Source: Eledone cirrhosa (taxonomy: Eukaryota). From it: DNA of 64,000 bases. Position 1 is the first letter of the stretch. Every line of letters starts with the position of its first letter. The stretch is taken from NCBI GenBank assembly GCA_964016885.1, contig CAXHJY010000132.1, forward strand, positions 62,001 to 126,000. Direction: 5' to 3'. Below, in pieces: positions 49,501 through 63,760 of this stretch. The translations under genes and the position numbers were made by a program. The notes under the pieces were generated by a model, which was not told where the DNA came from, made no database searches, and saw only the letters and a program-made list of their open reading frames with translations.

Positions 49501-52500
49501 GTTCTTCACCAAGCTATCTTTCCCTACCTTGTCTTCCCTCAAAACGTCGTTCTTCACCAAGCTATCTTTCTCTCACCCATTCTTCTCTCAAAACTTCGTT
49601 CTTCACCAAGCTCTCTTTCTCTACCTTGTCTTCCCTCAAAACTTCGTTCTTCACCAGGCTATCTTTCTCAACCCTGTCTTCCCCCAAAACTTCGTTCCTC
49701 ACCAAGCTATCTTTCTCTACCTTGTCTTCCCTCAAAACTTCGTTCTTCACCAAGCTATCTTTCTCTACCTTTTTTTCCCCCAAAACACCGTTCTTCACCA
49801 AACTATCTTTCTCTACCTTGTCTTCCCTCAAAACTTCGTTCTTCACCAAGCTATCTTTCTCTATCTTGTCTTCCCTCAAAACTCCGTTCTTCATCAAGCT
49901 ATCGTTCTCTACTTTGTCTTCCCTCGAAACGTCGTTCGTCACCAAGCTATCTTTCTCTACCTTGTCTTCCCTCAAAACTTCGTTCTTCACCAAGCTATCT
50001 TTCTCTATCTTGTCTTCCCTCAAAACTCCGTACTTCATCAAGCTATCTTTCTCTACCTTGTCTTCCCCCAAAACTTCGTTCTTCACAAGCTATCCTTCTC
50101 TACCTTGTCTTCCCTCAAAACTTCGTTCTTCACTAAGCTATCTTTCTCTACCTTGTCTTCCCTCAAAACTTCGTTCTTGATCAAGCTATCTTTCTATACC
50201 TTGTCTTCCATCAAAACTTCGTTCTTCACCAAGCTATCTTTCTCTACCTTGTCTTCCCTCAAAACTTCGTTCTTCACCAAGCTATCTTTCTCTATCTTGT
50301 CTTCCCTCAAAACTCCGTTCTTCATCAAGCTATCGTTCTCTACTTTGTCTTCCCTCAAAACGTCGTTCTTCACCAAGCTATCTTTCTCTACCTTGTCTTC
50401 CCTCAAAACTTCGTTCGTTCTTCACCAAGCTATCTTTCTCTACCTTGTCTTCCCCCAAAACTTCGTTCTTCTCAAGCTATCCTTCTCTACTTTGTCTTCC
50501 CTCAAAACCTCGTTCTTCACCAAGCTATCTTTCTCTACCTTGTCTTCCCTCAACACTTCGTTCGTTCTTCACCAAGCTATCTTTCTCTACCTTGTCTTCC
50601 CCCAAAACTACGTTCTTCACAAGCTATCTTTCTCTACCTTGTCTTCCCTCAAAACTTCGTTCTTCACCAAGCTATCTTTCTCTACCTTGTCTTCCCTCAA
50701 AACTTCGTTCTTCACCAAGCTATCTTTCTCTACCTTGTCTTCCCTCAAAACTTCGTTCTTCACCAAGCTAACTTTCTCTACCTTGTCTTCCCTCAAAACT
50801 TCGTTCTTCATCAAGCTATCTTTCTCTACCTTGTCTTCCCTCAAAACTTCGTTCTTCACCAAGCTATCTTTCTCTACCTTGTCTTCCCTCAAAACTTCGT
50901 TCTTCACCAAGCTATCTTTCTCTACCTTGTCTTCCCTCAAAACTTCGTTCTTCACCAAGCTAACTTTCTCTACCTTGTCTTCCCTCAAAACTTCGTTCTT
51001 CATCAAGCTATCTTTCTCTACCTTTTCTTCCCTCAAAACTTCGTTCTTCACCAAGCTATCTTTCTCTACCTTGTCTTCCCTCAAAACTTCGTTCTTCACC
51101 AAGCTATCTTTCTCTACCTTGTCTTCCCTCAAAACTTCGTTCTTGATCAAGCTATCTTTCTATTCCTTGTCTTCCCTCAAAACTTCGTTCTTCACCAAGC
51201 TATCTTTCTCTACTTTGTCTTCCCTCAAAACATCGTTCGTTCTTCATCAAGCTATATTTCTCTACCTTGTCTTCCCTCAAGACTTCGTTCGTCACCAAGC
51301 TATCTTTCTCTACATTGTCTACCCCCAAAACTTCGTTCTTCATCAAGCTATCTTTCTCTACCTTGTCTTCCCTCAAAACGTCGTTCTTCACCAAGCTATC
51401 TTTCTCTACCTTGTCTTCCCACAAAACTTCGTTCTTCATCAAGCTATCTTTCTCTACCTTGTCTTCCCTCAAAACGTCGTTCTTCACCAAGCTATCTTTC
51501 TCTACCTTGCCTTTCCCCAAAACTTCGTTCTTCACCAAGCTATCTTTCTCTACCTTGTCTACCCCCAAAACTTCGTTCTTCACCAAGCTATCTTTCTCTA
51601 CCTTGTCTTCCCACAAATCTTCGTTCTTCACCAAGCTATCTCTCTCTACCTTGTCTTCCCACAAAACGTCGTTCTTCACCAAGCTATCTTTCGCTACCTT
51701 GTCTTCCCTCAAAACGTCGTTCTTCACGAAGCTATCTTTCTCTACCCATTCTTCTCTTAAAACTTCGTTCTTCACCAAGCTCTCTTTCTCTACCTTGTCT
51801 TCCCTCAAAACTTCGTTCTTCACCAAGCTATCTTTCTCTACCCTGTCTTCCCCAAAACTTCGTTCCTCACCAAGCTATCTTTCTCTACCTTGTCTTCCCT
51901 CAAAACTTCGTTCTTCACCAAGCTATCTTTCTCTACCTTGTCTTCCCTCAAAACTTCGTTCTTCACCAAGCTATCTTTCTCTACCTTGTCTTCCCTCAAA
52001 ACTTCGTTCTTCACCAAGCTATCTTTCCCTACCTTTTTTTCCCCCAAAACTCCGTTCTTCACCAAACTATCTTTCTCTACCTTGTCTTTCCTCAAAACTT
52101 CGTTCTTCACCAAGCTATCTTTCTCTATCTTGTCTTCCCTCAAAACTCCGTTCTTCATCAAGCTATCGTTCTCTACTTTGTCTTCCCTCGAAACGTCGTT
52201 CTTCACCAAGCTATCTTTCTCTACCTTGTCTTCCCTCAAAACTTCGTTCGTTCTTCACCAAGCTATCTTTCTCTACCTTGTCTTCCCCCAAAACTTCGTT
52301 CTTCACAAGCTATCCTTCTCTACATTGTCTTCCCTCAAAACTTCGTTCTTCACCAAGCTATCTTTCTCTACCTTGTCTTCCCTCAAAACTTCGTTCTTGA
52401 TCAAGCTATCTTTCTATTCCTTGTCTTCCCTCAAAACTTCGTTCTTCACCAAGCTATCTATCTCTACTTTGTCTTCCCTCAAAACATCGTTCGTTCTTCA

Positions 52501-55500
52501 TCAAGCTATCTTTCTCTACCTTGTCTTCCCTCAAGACTTCGTTCGTCACCAAGCTATCTTTCTCTACATTGTCTACACCCAAAACTTCGTTCTTCATCAA
52601 GCTATCTTTCTCTACCTTGTCTTCCCTCAAAACGTCGTTCTTCACCAAGCTATCTTTCTCTACCTTGTCTTCCCACAAAACTTCGTTCTTCATCAAGCTA
52701 TCTTTCTCTACCTTGTCTTCCTTCAAAACGTCGTTCTTCACCAAGCTATCTTTCTCTACCTTGCCTTTCCCCAAAACTTCGTTCTTCACCAAGCTATCTT
52801 TCTCTACCTTGTCTACCCCCAAAACTTCGTTCTTCACCAAGCTATCTTTCTCTACCTTGTCTTCCCACAAAACTTCGTTCTTCACCAAGCTATCTCTCTC
52901 TACCTTGTTTTCCCACAAAACGTCGTTCTTCACCAAGCTATCTTTCGCTACCTTGTCTTCCCTCAAAACGTCGTTCTTCACCAAGCTATCTTTCTCTACC
53001 CATTCTTCTCTTAAAACTTCGTTCTTCACCAAGCTCTCTTTCTCTACCTTGTCTTCCCACAAAACTTCGTTCTTCACCAAGCTATCTTTCTCTACCCTGT
53101 CTTCCCCCAAAACTTCGTTCCTCACCAAGCTATCTTTCTCTACCTTGTCTTCCCTCAAAACTTCGTTCTTCACCAAGCTATCTTTCTCTACCTTGTCTTC
53201 CCTCAACACTTCGTTCTTCACCAAGCTATCTTTCTCTACCTTGTCTTCCCTCAAAACTTCGTTCTTCACCAAGCTATCTTTCCCTACCTTTTTTCCCCCC
53301 AAAACTCCGTTCTTCACCAAACTATCTTTCTCTACCTTGTCTTTCCTCAAAACTTCGTTCTTCACCAAGCTATCTTTCTCTATCTTGTCTTCCCTCAAAA
53401 CTCCGTTCTTCATCAAGCCATCGTTCTCTACTTTGTCTTCCCTCGAAACGTCGTTCTTCACCAAGCTATCTTTCTCTACCTTGTCTTCCCTCAAAACTTC
53501 GTTCGTTCTTCACCAAGCTATCTTTCTCTACCTTGTCTTCCCCCAAAACTTCGTTCTTCACAAGCTATCCTTCTCTACCTTGTCTTCCCTCAAAACTTCG
53601 TTCTTCACCAAGCTATCTTTCTCTACCTTGTCTTCCCTCAAAACTTCGTTCTTGATCAAGCTATCTTTCTATTCCTTGTCTTCCCTCAAAACTTCGTTCT
53701 TCACCAAGCTATCTTTCTCTACTTTGTCTTCCCCCAAAACTTCGTTCTTCATCAAGCTATCTTTCTCTACCTTGTCTTCCCTCAAAACGTCGTTCTTCAC
53801 CAAGCTATCTTTCTCTACCTTGTCTTCCCACAAAACGTCGTTCTTCACCAAGCTATCTTTCCCTACCTTGTCTTCCCTCAAAACGTCGTTCTTCACCAAG
53901 CTATCTTTCTCTCACCCATTCTTCTCTCAAAACTTCGTTCTTCACCAAGCTCTCTTTCTCTACCTTGTCTTCCCTCAAAACTTCGTTCTTCACCAGGCTA
54001 TCTTTCTCAACCCTGTCTTCCCCCAAAACTTCGTTCCTCACCAAGCTATCTTTCTCTACCTTGTCTTCCATCAAAACTTCGTTCTTCACCAAGCTATCTT
54101 TCTCTACCTTTTTTTCCCCCAAAACACCGTTCTTCACCAAACTATCTTTCTCTACCTTGTCTTCCCTCAAAACTTCGTTCTTCACCAAGCTATCTTTCTC
54201 TATCTTGTCTTCCCTCAAAACTCCGTTCTTCATCAAGCTATCGTTCTCTACTTTGTCTTCCCTCGAAACGTCGTTCGTCACCAAGCTATCTTTCTCTACC
54301 TTGTCTTCCCTCAAAACTTCGTTCTTCACCAAGCTATCTTTCTCTATCTTGTCTTCCCTCAAAACTCCGTTCTTCATCAAGCTATCTTTCTCTACCTTGT
54401 CTTCCCCCAAAACTTCGTTCTTCACAAGCTATCCTTCTCTACCTTGTCTTCCCTCAAAACTTCGTTCTTCACTAAGCTATCTTTCTCTACCTTGTCTTCC
54501 CTCAAAACTTCGTTCTTGATCAAGCTATCTTTCTATACCTTGTCTTCCATCAAAACTTCGTTCTTCACCAAGCTATCTTTCTCTACCTTGTCTTCCCTCA
54601 AAACTTCGTTCTTCACCAAGCTATCTTTCTCTATCTTGTCTTCCCTCAAAACTCCGTTCTTCATCAAGCTATCGTTCTCTACTTTGTCTTCCCTCAAAAC
54701 GTCGTTCTTCACCAAGCTATCTTTCTCTACCTTGTCTTCCCTCAAAACTTCGTTCGTTCTTCACCAAGCTATCTTTCTCTACCTTGTCTTCCCCCAAAAC
54801 TTCGTTCTTCTCAAGCTATACTTCTCTACTTTGTCTTCCCTCAAAACCTCGTTCTTCACCAAGCTATCTTTCTCTACCTTGTCTTCCCTCAACACTTCGT
54901 TCGTTCTTCACCAAGCTATCTTTCTCTACCTTGTCTTCCCCCAAAACTACGTTCTTCACAAGCTATCTTTCTCTACCTTGTCTTCCCTCAAAACTTCGTT
55001 CTTCACCAAGCTATCTTTCTCTACCTTGTCTTCCCTCAAAACTTCGTTCTTCACCAAGCTATCTTTCTCTACCTTGTCTTCCCTCAAAACTTCGTTCTTC
55101 ACCAAGCTAACTTCCTCTACCTTGTCTTCCCTCAAAACTTCGTTCTTCATCAAGCTATCTTTCTCTACCTTGTCTTCCCTCAAAACTTCGTTCTTCACCA
55201 AGCTATCTTTCTCTACCTTGTCTTCCCTCAAAACTTCGTTCTTCACCAAGCTATCTTTCTCTACCTTGTCTTCCCTCAAAACTTCGTTCTTCACCAAGCT
55301 AACTTTCTCTACCTTGTCTTCCCTCAAAACTTCGTTCTTCATCAAGCTATCTTTCTCTACCTTGTCTTCCCTCAAAACTTCGTTCTTCACCAAGCTATCT
55401 TTCTCTACCTTGTCTTCCCTCAAAACTTCGTTCTTCACCAAGCTATCTTTCTCTACCTTGTCTTCCCTCAAAACTTCGTTCTTGATCAAGCTATCTTTCT

Positions 55501-58500
55501 ATTCCTTGTCTTCCCTCAAAACTTCGTTCTTCACCAAGCTATCTTTCTCTACTTTGTCTTCCCTCAAAACATCGTTCGTTCTTCATCAAGCTATCTTTCT
55601 CTACCTTGTCTTCCCTCAAGACTTCGTTCGTCACCAAGCTATCTTTCTCTACATTGTCTACCCCCAAAACTTCGTTCTTCATCAAGCTATCTTTCTCTAC
55701 CTTGTCTTCCCTCAAAACGTCGTTCTTCACCAAGCTATCTTTCTCTACCTTGTCTTCCCACAAAACTTCGTTCTTCATCAAGCTATCTTTCTCTACCTTG
55801 TCTTCCCTCAAAACGTCGTTCTTCACCAAGCTATCTTTCTCTACCTTGCCTTTCCCCAAAACTTCGTTCTTCACCAAGCTATCTTTCTCTACCTTGTCTA
55901 CCCCCAAAACTTCGTTCTTCACCAAGCTATCTTTCTCTACCTTGTCTTCCCACAAAACTTCGTTCTTCACCAAGCTATCTCTCTCTACCTTGTTTTCCCA
56001 CAAAACGTCGTTCTTCACCAAGCTATCTTTCGCTACCTTGTCTTCCCTCAAAACGTCGTTCTTCACCAAGCTATCTTTCTCTACCCATTCTTCTCTTAAA
56101 ACTTCGTTCTTCACCAAGCTCTCTTTCTCTACCTTGTCTTCCCACAAAACTTCGTTCTTCACCAAGCTATCTTTCTCTACCCTGTCTTCCCCCAAAACTT
56201 CGTTCCTCACCAAGCTATCTTTCTCTACCTTGTCTTCCCTCAAAACTTCGTTCTTCACCAAGCTATCTTTCTCTACCTTGTCTTCCCTCAACACTTCGTT
56301 CTTCACCAAGCTATCTTTCTCTACCTTGTCTTCCCTCAAAACTTCGTTCTTCACCAAGCTATCTTTCCCTACCTTTTTTCCCCCCAAAACTCCGTTCTTC
56401 ACCAAACTATCTTTCTCTACCTTGTCTTTCCTCAAAACTTCGTTCTTCACCAAGCTATCTTTCTCTATCTTGTCTTCCCTCAAAACTCCGTTCTTCATCA
56501 AGCTATCGTTCTCTACTTTGTCTTCCCTCGAAACGTCGTTCTTCACCAAGCTATCTTTCTCTACCTTGTCTTCCATCAAAACTTCGTTCGTTCTTCACCA
56601 AGCTATCTTTCTCTACCTTGTCTTCCCCCAAAACTTCGTTCTTCACAAGCTATCCTTCTCTACCTTGTCTTCCCTCAAAACTTCGTTCTTCACCAAGCTA
56701 TCTTTCTCTACCTTGTCTTCCCTCAAAACTTCGTTCTTGATCAAGCTATCTTTCTATTCCTTGTCTTCCCTCAAAACTTCGTTCTTCACCAAGCTATCTT
56801 TCTCTACTTTGTCTTCCCTCAAAACATCGTTCGTTCTTCATCAAGCTATCTTTCTCTACCTTGTCTTCCCTCAAGACTTCGTTCGTCACCAAGCTATCTT
56901 TCTCTACATTGTCTTCCCCCAAAACTTCGTTCTTCATCAAGCTATCTTTCTCTACCTTGTCTTCCCTCAAAACGTCGTTCTTCACCAAGCTATCTTTCTC
57001 TACCTTGTCTTCCCACAAAACGTCGTTCTTCACCAAGCTATCTTTCCCTACCTTGTCTTCCCTCAAAACGTCGTTCTTCACCAAGCTATCTTTCTCTCAC
57101 CCATTCTTCTCTCAAAACTTCGTTCTTCACCAAGCTCTCTTTCTCTACCTTGTCTTCCCTCAAAACTTCGTTCTTCACCAGGCTATCTTTCTCAACCCTG
57201 TCTTCCCCCAAAACTTCGTTCCTCACCAAGCTATCTTTCTCTACCTTGTCTTCCCTCAAAACTTCGTTCTTCACCAAGCTATCTTTCTCTACCTTTTTTT
57301 CCCCCAAAACTCCGTTCTTCACCAAGCTATCTTTCTCTACCTTGTCTTCCCTCAAAACTTCGTTCTTCACCAAGCTATCTTTCTCTATCTTGTCTTCCCT
57401 CAAAACTCCGTTCTTCATCAAGCTATCTTTCTCTACCTTGTCTTCCCCCAAAACTTCGTTCTTCACAAGCTATCCTTCTCTACCTTGTCTTCCCTCAAAA
57501 CTTCGTTCTTCACTAAGCTATCTTTCTCTACCTTGTCTTCCCTCAAAACTTCGTTCTTGATCAAGCTATCTTTCTATACCTTGTCTTCCATCAAAACTTC
57601 GTTCTTCACCAAGCTATCTTTCTCTACCTTGTCTTCCCTCAAAACTTCGTTCTTCACCAAGCTATCTTTCTCTATCTTGTCTTCCCTCAAAACTCCGTTC
57701 TTCATCAAGCTATCGTTCTCTACTTTGTCTTCCCTCAAAACGTCGTTCTTCACCAAGCTATCTTTCTCTACCTTGTCTTCCCTCAAAACTTCGTTCGTTC
57801 TTCACCAAGCTATCTTTCTCTACCTTGTCTTCCCCCAAAACTTCGTTCTTCTCAAGCTATCCTTCTCTACTTTGTCTTCCCTCAAAACCTCGTTCTTCAC
57901 CAAGCTATCTTTCTCTACCTTGTCTTCCCTCAACACTTCGTTCGTTCTTCACCAAGCTATCTTTCTCTACCTTGTCTTCCCCCAAAACTACGTTCTTCAC
58001 AAGCTATCTTTCTCTACCTTGTCTTCCCTCAAAACTTCGTTCTTCACCAAGCTATCTTTCTCTACCTTGTCTTCCCTCAAAACTTCGTTCTTCACCAAGC
58101 TATCTTTCTCTACCTTGTCTTCCCTCAAAACTTCGTTCTTCACCAAGCTAACTTTCTCTACCTTGTCTTCCCTCAAAACTTCGTTCTTCATCAAGCTATC
58201 TTTCTCTACCTTGTCTTCCCTCAAAACTTCGTTCTTCACCAAGCTATCTTTCTCTACCTTGTCTTCCCTCAAAACTTCGTTCTTCACCAAGCTATCTTTC
58301 TCTACCTTGTCTTCCCTCAAAACTTCGTTCTTCACCAAGCTAACTTTCTCTACCTTGTCTTCCCTCAAAACTTCGTTCTTCATCAAGCTATCTTTCTCTA
58401 CCTTGTCTTCCCTCAAAACTTCGTTCTTCACCAAGCTATCTTTCTCTACCTTGTCTTCCCTCAAAACTTCGTTCTTCACCAAGCTATCTTTCTCTACCTT

Positions 58501-61500
58501 TTTTCCCCCCAAAACTTCGTTCTTCACCAAACTATCTTTCTCTACCTTGTCTTCCCTCAAAACTCCGTTCTTCATCAAGCTATCGTTCTCTACTTTGTCT
58601 TTCCTCAAAACGTCGTTCTTCACCTAGCTATCTTTCTCTACCTTGTCTTCCCTCAAAACGTCGTTCGTTCTTCACCAAGCTATCTTTCTCTACCTTGTCT
58701 TCCCCCAAAACTTCGTTCTTCACAAGCTATACTTCTCTACCTTGTCTTCCCTCAAAACTTCGTTCTTGATCAAGCTATCTTTCTCTACGTTGTCTTCCCT
58801 CAAAACTTTGTTCTTCACCAAGCTATCTTTCTCTACCTTGTCTTCCCTCAAAACTTCGTTCTTCACCAAGCTATCTTTCTCTACCTTGTCTTCCCTCAAA
58901 ACTTCGTTCTTCACCAAGCTATCTTTCTCTACCTTGTCGTCCCCCAAAACATCGTCCTTCACCAAGCTATCTTTCTTTACCTTGTCTTCCCTCAAAACTT
59001 CGTTATTCACCAAGCTATCTTTCTCTACCTTGTCTTCCCTCAAAACTTCGTTCTTCACCAAGCTATCTTTCTCTACCTTGTCTTCCCTCAAAACTTCGTT
59101 CTTCACCAAGCTATCTTTCTCTACCTTGTCTTCCCTCAAAACTTCGTTCTTCACCAAGCTATCTTACTCTACCTTGTCTTCCCTCAAAACGTCGTTCTTC
59201 ACCAAGCTAACTTTCTCTACCTTGTCTTCCCTCAAAACTTCGTTCTTCATCAAGCTATCTTTCTCTACCTTGTCTTCCCTCAAAACTTCGTTCTTCACCA
59301 AGCTATCTTTCTCTACCTTGTCTTCCCTCAAAACTTCGTTCTTCACCAAGCTATCTTTCTCTACCTTTTTTCCCCCCAAAACTTCGTTCTTCACCAAACT
59401 ATCTTTCTCTACCTTGTCTTCCCTCAAAACTTCGTTCTTCACCAAGCTATCTTTCTCTACCTTGTCTTCCCTCAAAACTCCGTTCTTCATCAAGCTATCG
59501 TTCTCTACTTTGTTTTCCTTCAAAATGTCGTTCTTCACCTAGCTATCTTTCTCTACCTTGTCTTCCCTCAAAACGTCGTTCGTTCTTCACCAAGCTATCT
59601 TTCTCTACCTTGTCTTCCCCCAAAACTTCGTTCTTCACAAGCTATCCTTCTCTACCTTGTCTTCCCTCAAAACTTCGTTCTTGATCAAGCTATCTTTCTC
59701 TACCTTGTCTTCCCTCAAAACTTTGTTCTTCACCAAGCTATCTTTCTCTACCTTGTCTTCCCTCAAAACTTCGTTCTTCACCAAGCTATCTTTCTCTACC
59801 TTGTCTTCCCTCAAAACTTCGTTCTTCACCAAGCTATCTTTCTCTACCTTGTCTTCCCCCAAAACATCGTTCTTCACCAAGCTATCTTTCTTTACCTTGT
59901 CTTCCCTCAAAACTTCGTTATTCACCAAGCTATCTTTCTCTACCTTGTCTTCCCTCAAAACTTCGTTCTTCACCAAGCTATCTTTCTCCACCTTGTCTTC
60001 CCTCAAAACTTCGTTCGTCACCAAGCTATCTTTCTCTACATTGTCTTCCCCCAAAACTTCGTTCTTCATCAAGCTATCTTTCTCTACCTTGTCTTCCCTC
60101 AAAACGTCGTTCTTCACCAAGCTATCTTTCTCTACCTTGTCTTCCCACAAAACTTCGTTCTTCATCAAGCTATCTTTCTCTACCTTGTCTTCCCTCAAAA
60201 CGTCATTCTTCACCAAGCTATCTTTCTCTACCTTGTCTTCTCCCAAAACTTCGTTCTTCACCAAGCTATCTTTCTCTACCTTGTCTACCACCAAAACTTC
60301 GTTCTTCACCAAGCTATCTTTGTCTACCTTGTCTTCCCACAAAACTTCGTTCTTCACCAAGCTATCTCTCTCTACCTTGTCTTCCCACAAAACGTCGTTC
60401 TTCACCAAGCTATCTTTCGCTACCTTGTCTTCCCTCAAAACGTCGTTCTTCACGAAGCTATCTTTCTCTACCCATTCTTCTCTTAAAACTTCGTTCTTCA
60501 CCAAGCTCTCTTTCTCTACCTTGTCTTCCCTCAAAACTTCGTTCTTCACCAAGCTATCTTTCTCTACCCTGTCTTCCCCCAAAACTTCGTTCCTCACCAA
60601 GCTATCTTTCTCTACCTTGTCTTCCCTCAAAACTTCGTTCTTCACCAAGCTATCTTTCTCTACCTTGTCTTCCCTCAAAACTTCGTTCTTCACCAAGCTA
60701 TCTTTCTCTACCTTGTCTTCCCTCAAAACTTCGTTCTTCACCAAGCTATCTTTCCCTACCTTTTTTTCCCCCAAAACTCCGTTCTTCACCAAACTATCTT
60801 TCTCTACCTTGTCTTTCCTCAAAACTTCGTTCTTCACCAAGCTATCTTTCTCTATCTTGTCTTCCCTCAAAACTCCGTTCTTCATCAAGCTATCGTTCTC
60901 TACTTTGTCTTCCCTCGAAACGTCGTTCTTCACCAAGCTATCTTTCTCTACCTTGTCTTCCCTCAAAACTTCGTTCGTTCTTCACCAAGCTATCTTTCTC
61001 TACCTTGTCTTCCCCCAAAACTTCGTTCTTCACAAGCTATCCTTCTCTACATTGTCTTCCCTCAAAACTTCGTTCTTCACCAAGCTATCTTTCTCTACCT
61101 TGTCTTCCCTCAAAACTTCGTTCTTGATCAAGCTATCTTTCTATTCCTTGTCTTCCCTCAAAACTTCGTTCTTCACCAAGCTATCTTTCTCTACTTTGTC
61201 TTCCCTCAAAACATCGTTCGTTCTTCATCAAGCTATCTTTCTCTACCTTGTCTTCCCTCAAGACTTCGTTCGTCACCAAGCTATCTTTCTCTACATTGTC
61301 TTCCCCCAAAACTTCGTTCTTCATCAAGCTATCTTTCTCTACCTTGTCTTCCCTCAAAACGTCGTTCTTGACCAAGCTATCTTTCTCTACCTTGTCTTCC
61401 CACAAAACTTCGTTCTTCATCAAGCTATCTTTCTCTACCTTGTCTTCCCTCAAAACGTCGTTCTTCACCAAGCTATCTTTCTCTACCTTGCCTTCCCCCA

Positions 61501-63760
61501 AAACTTCGTTCTTCACCAAGCTATCTTTCTCTACCTTGTCTACCCCCAAAACTTCGTTCTTCACCAAGCTATCTTTCTCTACCTTGTCTTCCCACAAAAC
61601 TTCGTTCTTCACCAAGCTATCTCTCTCTACCTTGTCTTCCCACAAAACGTCGTTCTTCACCAAGCTATCTTTCGCTACCTTGTCTTCCCTCAAAACGTCG
61701 TTCTTCACCAAGCTATCTTTCTCTACCCATTCTTCTCTTAAAACTTCGTTCTTCACCAAGCTCTCTTTCTCTACCTTGTCTTCCCACAAAACGTCGTTCT
61801 TCACCAAGCTATCTTTCTCTACCCTGTCTTCCCCCAAAACTTCGTTCCTCACCAAGCTATCTTTCTCTACCTTGTCTTCCCTCAAAACTTCGTTCTTCAC
61901 CAAGCTATCTTTCTCTACCTTGTCTTCCCTCAACACTTCGTTCTTCACCAAGCTATCTTTCTCTACCTTGTCTTCCCTCAAAACTTCGTTCTTCACCAAG
62001 CTATCTTTCCCTACCTTTTTTCCCCCCAAAACTCCGTTCTTCACCAAACTATCTTTCTCTACCTTGTCTTTCCTCAAAACTTCGTTCTTCACCAAGCTAT
62101 CTTTCTCTATCTTGTCTTCCCTCAAAACTCCGTTCTTCATCAAGCTATCGTTCTCTACTTTGTCTTCCCTCGAAACGTCGTTCTTCACCAAGCTATCTTT
62201 CTCTACCTTGTCTTCCCTCAAAACTTCGTTCGTTCTTCACCAAGCTATCTTTCTCTACCTTGTCTTCCCCCAAAACTTCGTTCTTCACAAGCTATCCTTC
62301 TCTACCTTGTCTTCCCTCAAAACTTCGTTCTTCACCAAGCTATCTTTCTCTACCTTGTCTTCCCTCAAAACTTCGTTCTTGATCAAGCTATCTTTCTATT
62401 CCTTGTCTTCCCTCAAAACTTCGTTCTTCACCAAGCTATCTTTCTCTACTTTGTCTTCCCTCAAAACATCGTTCGTTCTTCATCAAGCTATCTTTCTCTA
62501 CCTTGTCTTCCCTCAAGACTTCGTTCGTCACCAAGCTATCTTTCTCTACATTGTCTTCCCCCAAAACTTCGTTCTTCATCAAGCTATCTTTCTCTACCTT
62601 GTCTTCCCTCAAAACGTCGTTCTTCACCAAGCTATCTTTCTCTACCTTGTCTTCCCACAAAACGTCGTTCTTCACCAAGCTATCTTTCCCTACCTTGTCT
62701 TCCCTCAAAACGTCGTTCTTCACCAAGCTATCTTTCTCTCACCCATTCTTCTCTCAAAACTTCGTTCTTCACCAAGCTCTCTTTCTCTACCTTGTCTTCC
62801 CTCAAAACTTCGTTCTTCACCAGGCTATCTTTCTCAACCCTGTCTTCCCCCAAAACTTCGTTCCTCACCAAGCTATCTTTCTCTACCTTGTCTTCCCTCA
62901 AAACTTCGTTCTTCACCAAGCTATCTTTCTCTACCTTTTTTTCCCCCAAAACTCCGTTCTTCACCAAACTATCTTTCTCTACCTTGTCTTCCCTCAAAAC
63001 TTCGTTCTTCACCAAGCTATCTTTCTCTATCTTGTCTTCCCTCAAAACTCCGTTCTTCATCAAGCTATCGTTCTCTACTTTGTCTTCCCTCGAAACGTCG
63101 TTCGTCACCAAGCTATCTTTCTCTACCTTGTCTTCCCTCAAAACTTCGTTCTTCACCAAGCTATCTTTCTCTATCTTGTCTTCCCTCAAAACTCCGTTCT
63201 TCATCAAGCTATCTTTCTCTACCTTGTCTTCCCCCAAAACTTCGTTCTTCACAAGCTATCCTTCTCTACCTTGTCTTCCCTCAAAACTTCGTTCTTCACT
63301 AAGCTATCTTTCTCTACCTTGTCTTCCCTCAAAACTTCGTTCTTGATCAAGCTATCTTTCTATACCTTGTCTTCCATCAAAACTTCGTTCTTCACCAAGC
63401 TATCTTTCTCTACCTTGTCTTCCCTCAAACCTTCGTTCTTCACCAAGCTATCTTTCTCTATCTTGTCTTCCCTCAAAACTCCGTTCTTCATCAAGCTATC
63501 GTTCTCTACTTTGTCTTCCCTCAAAACGTCGTTCTTCACCAAGCTATCTTTCTCTACCTTGTCTTCCCTCAAAACTTCGTTCGTTCTTCACCAAGCTATC
63601 TTTCTTCTCAAGCTATCCTTCTCTACTTTGTCTTCCCTCAAAACCTCGTTCTTCACCAAGCTATCTTTCTCTACCTTGTCTTCCCTCAACACTTCGTTCG
63701 TCCTTCACCAAGCTATCTTTCTCTACCTTGTCTTCCCCCAAAACTACGTTCTTCACAAGC
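46540..63760. repeat. Right-hand higher-order family: four related ~3-4-kb blocks (offsets 4439/4339, 7524/7380, 13166/13136 bp)
   Basis: 346-aa minus ORFs have low coordinates 48015, 52454, 55539 and 61181. 70-aa minus ORFs are at 50194, 54533, 57574 and 63360. The +1 variant CTCTCACCCATT is at 49574, 53913, 57098 and 62740. Confidence 0.88.
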
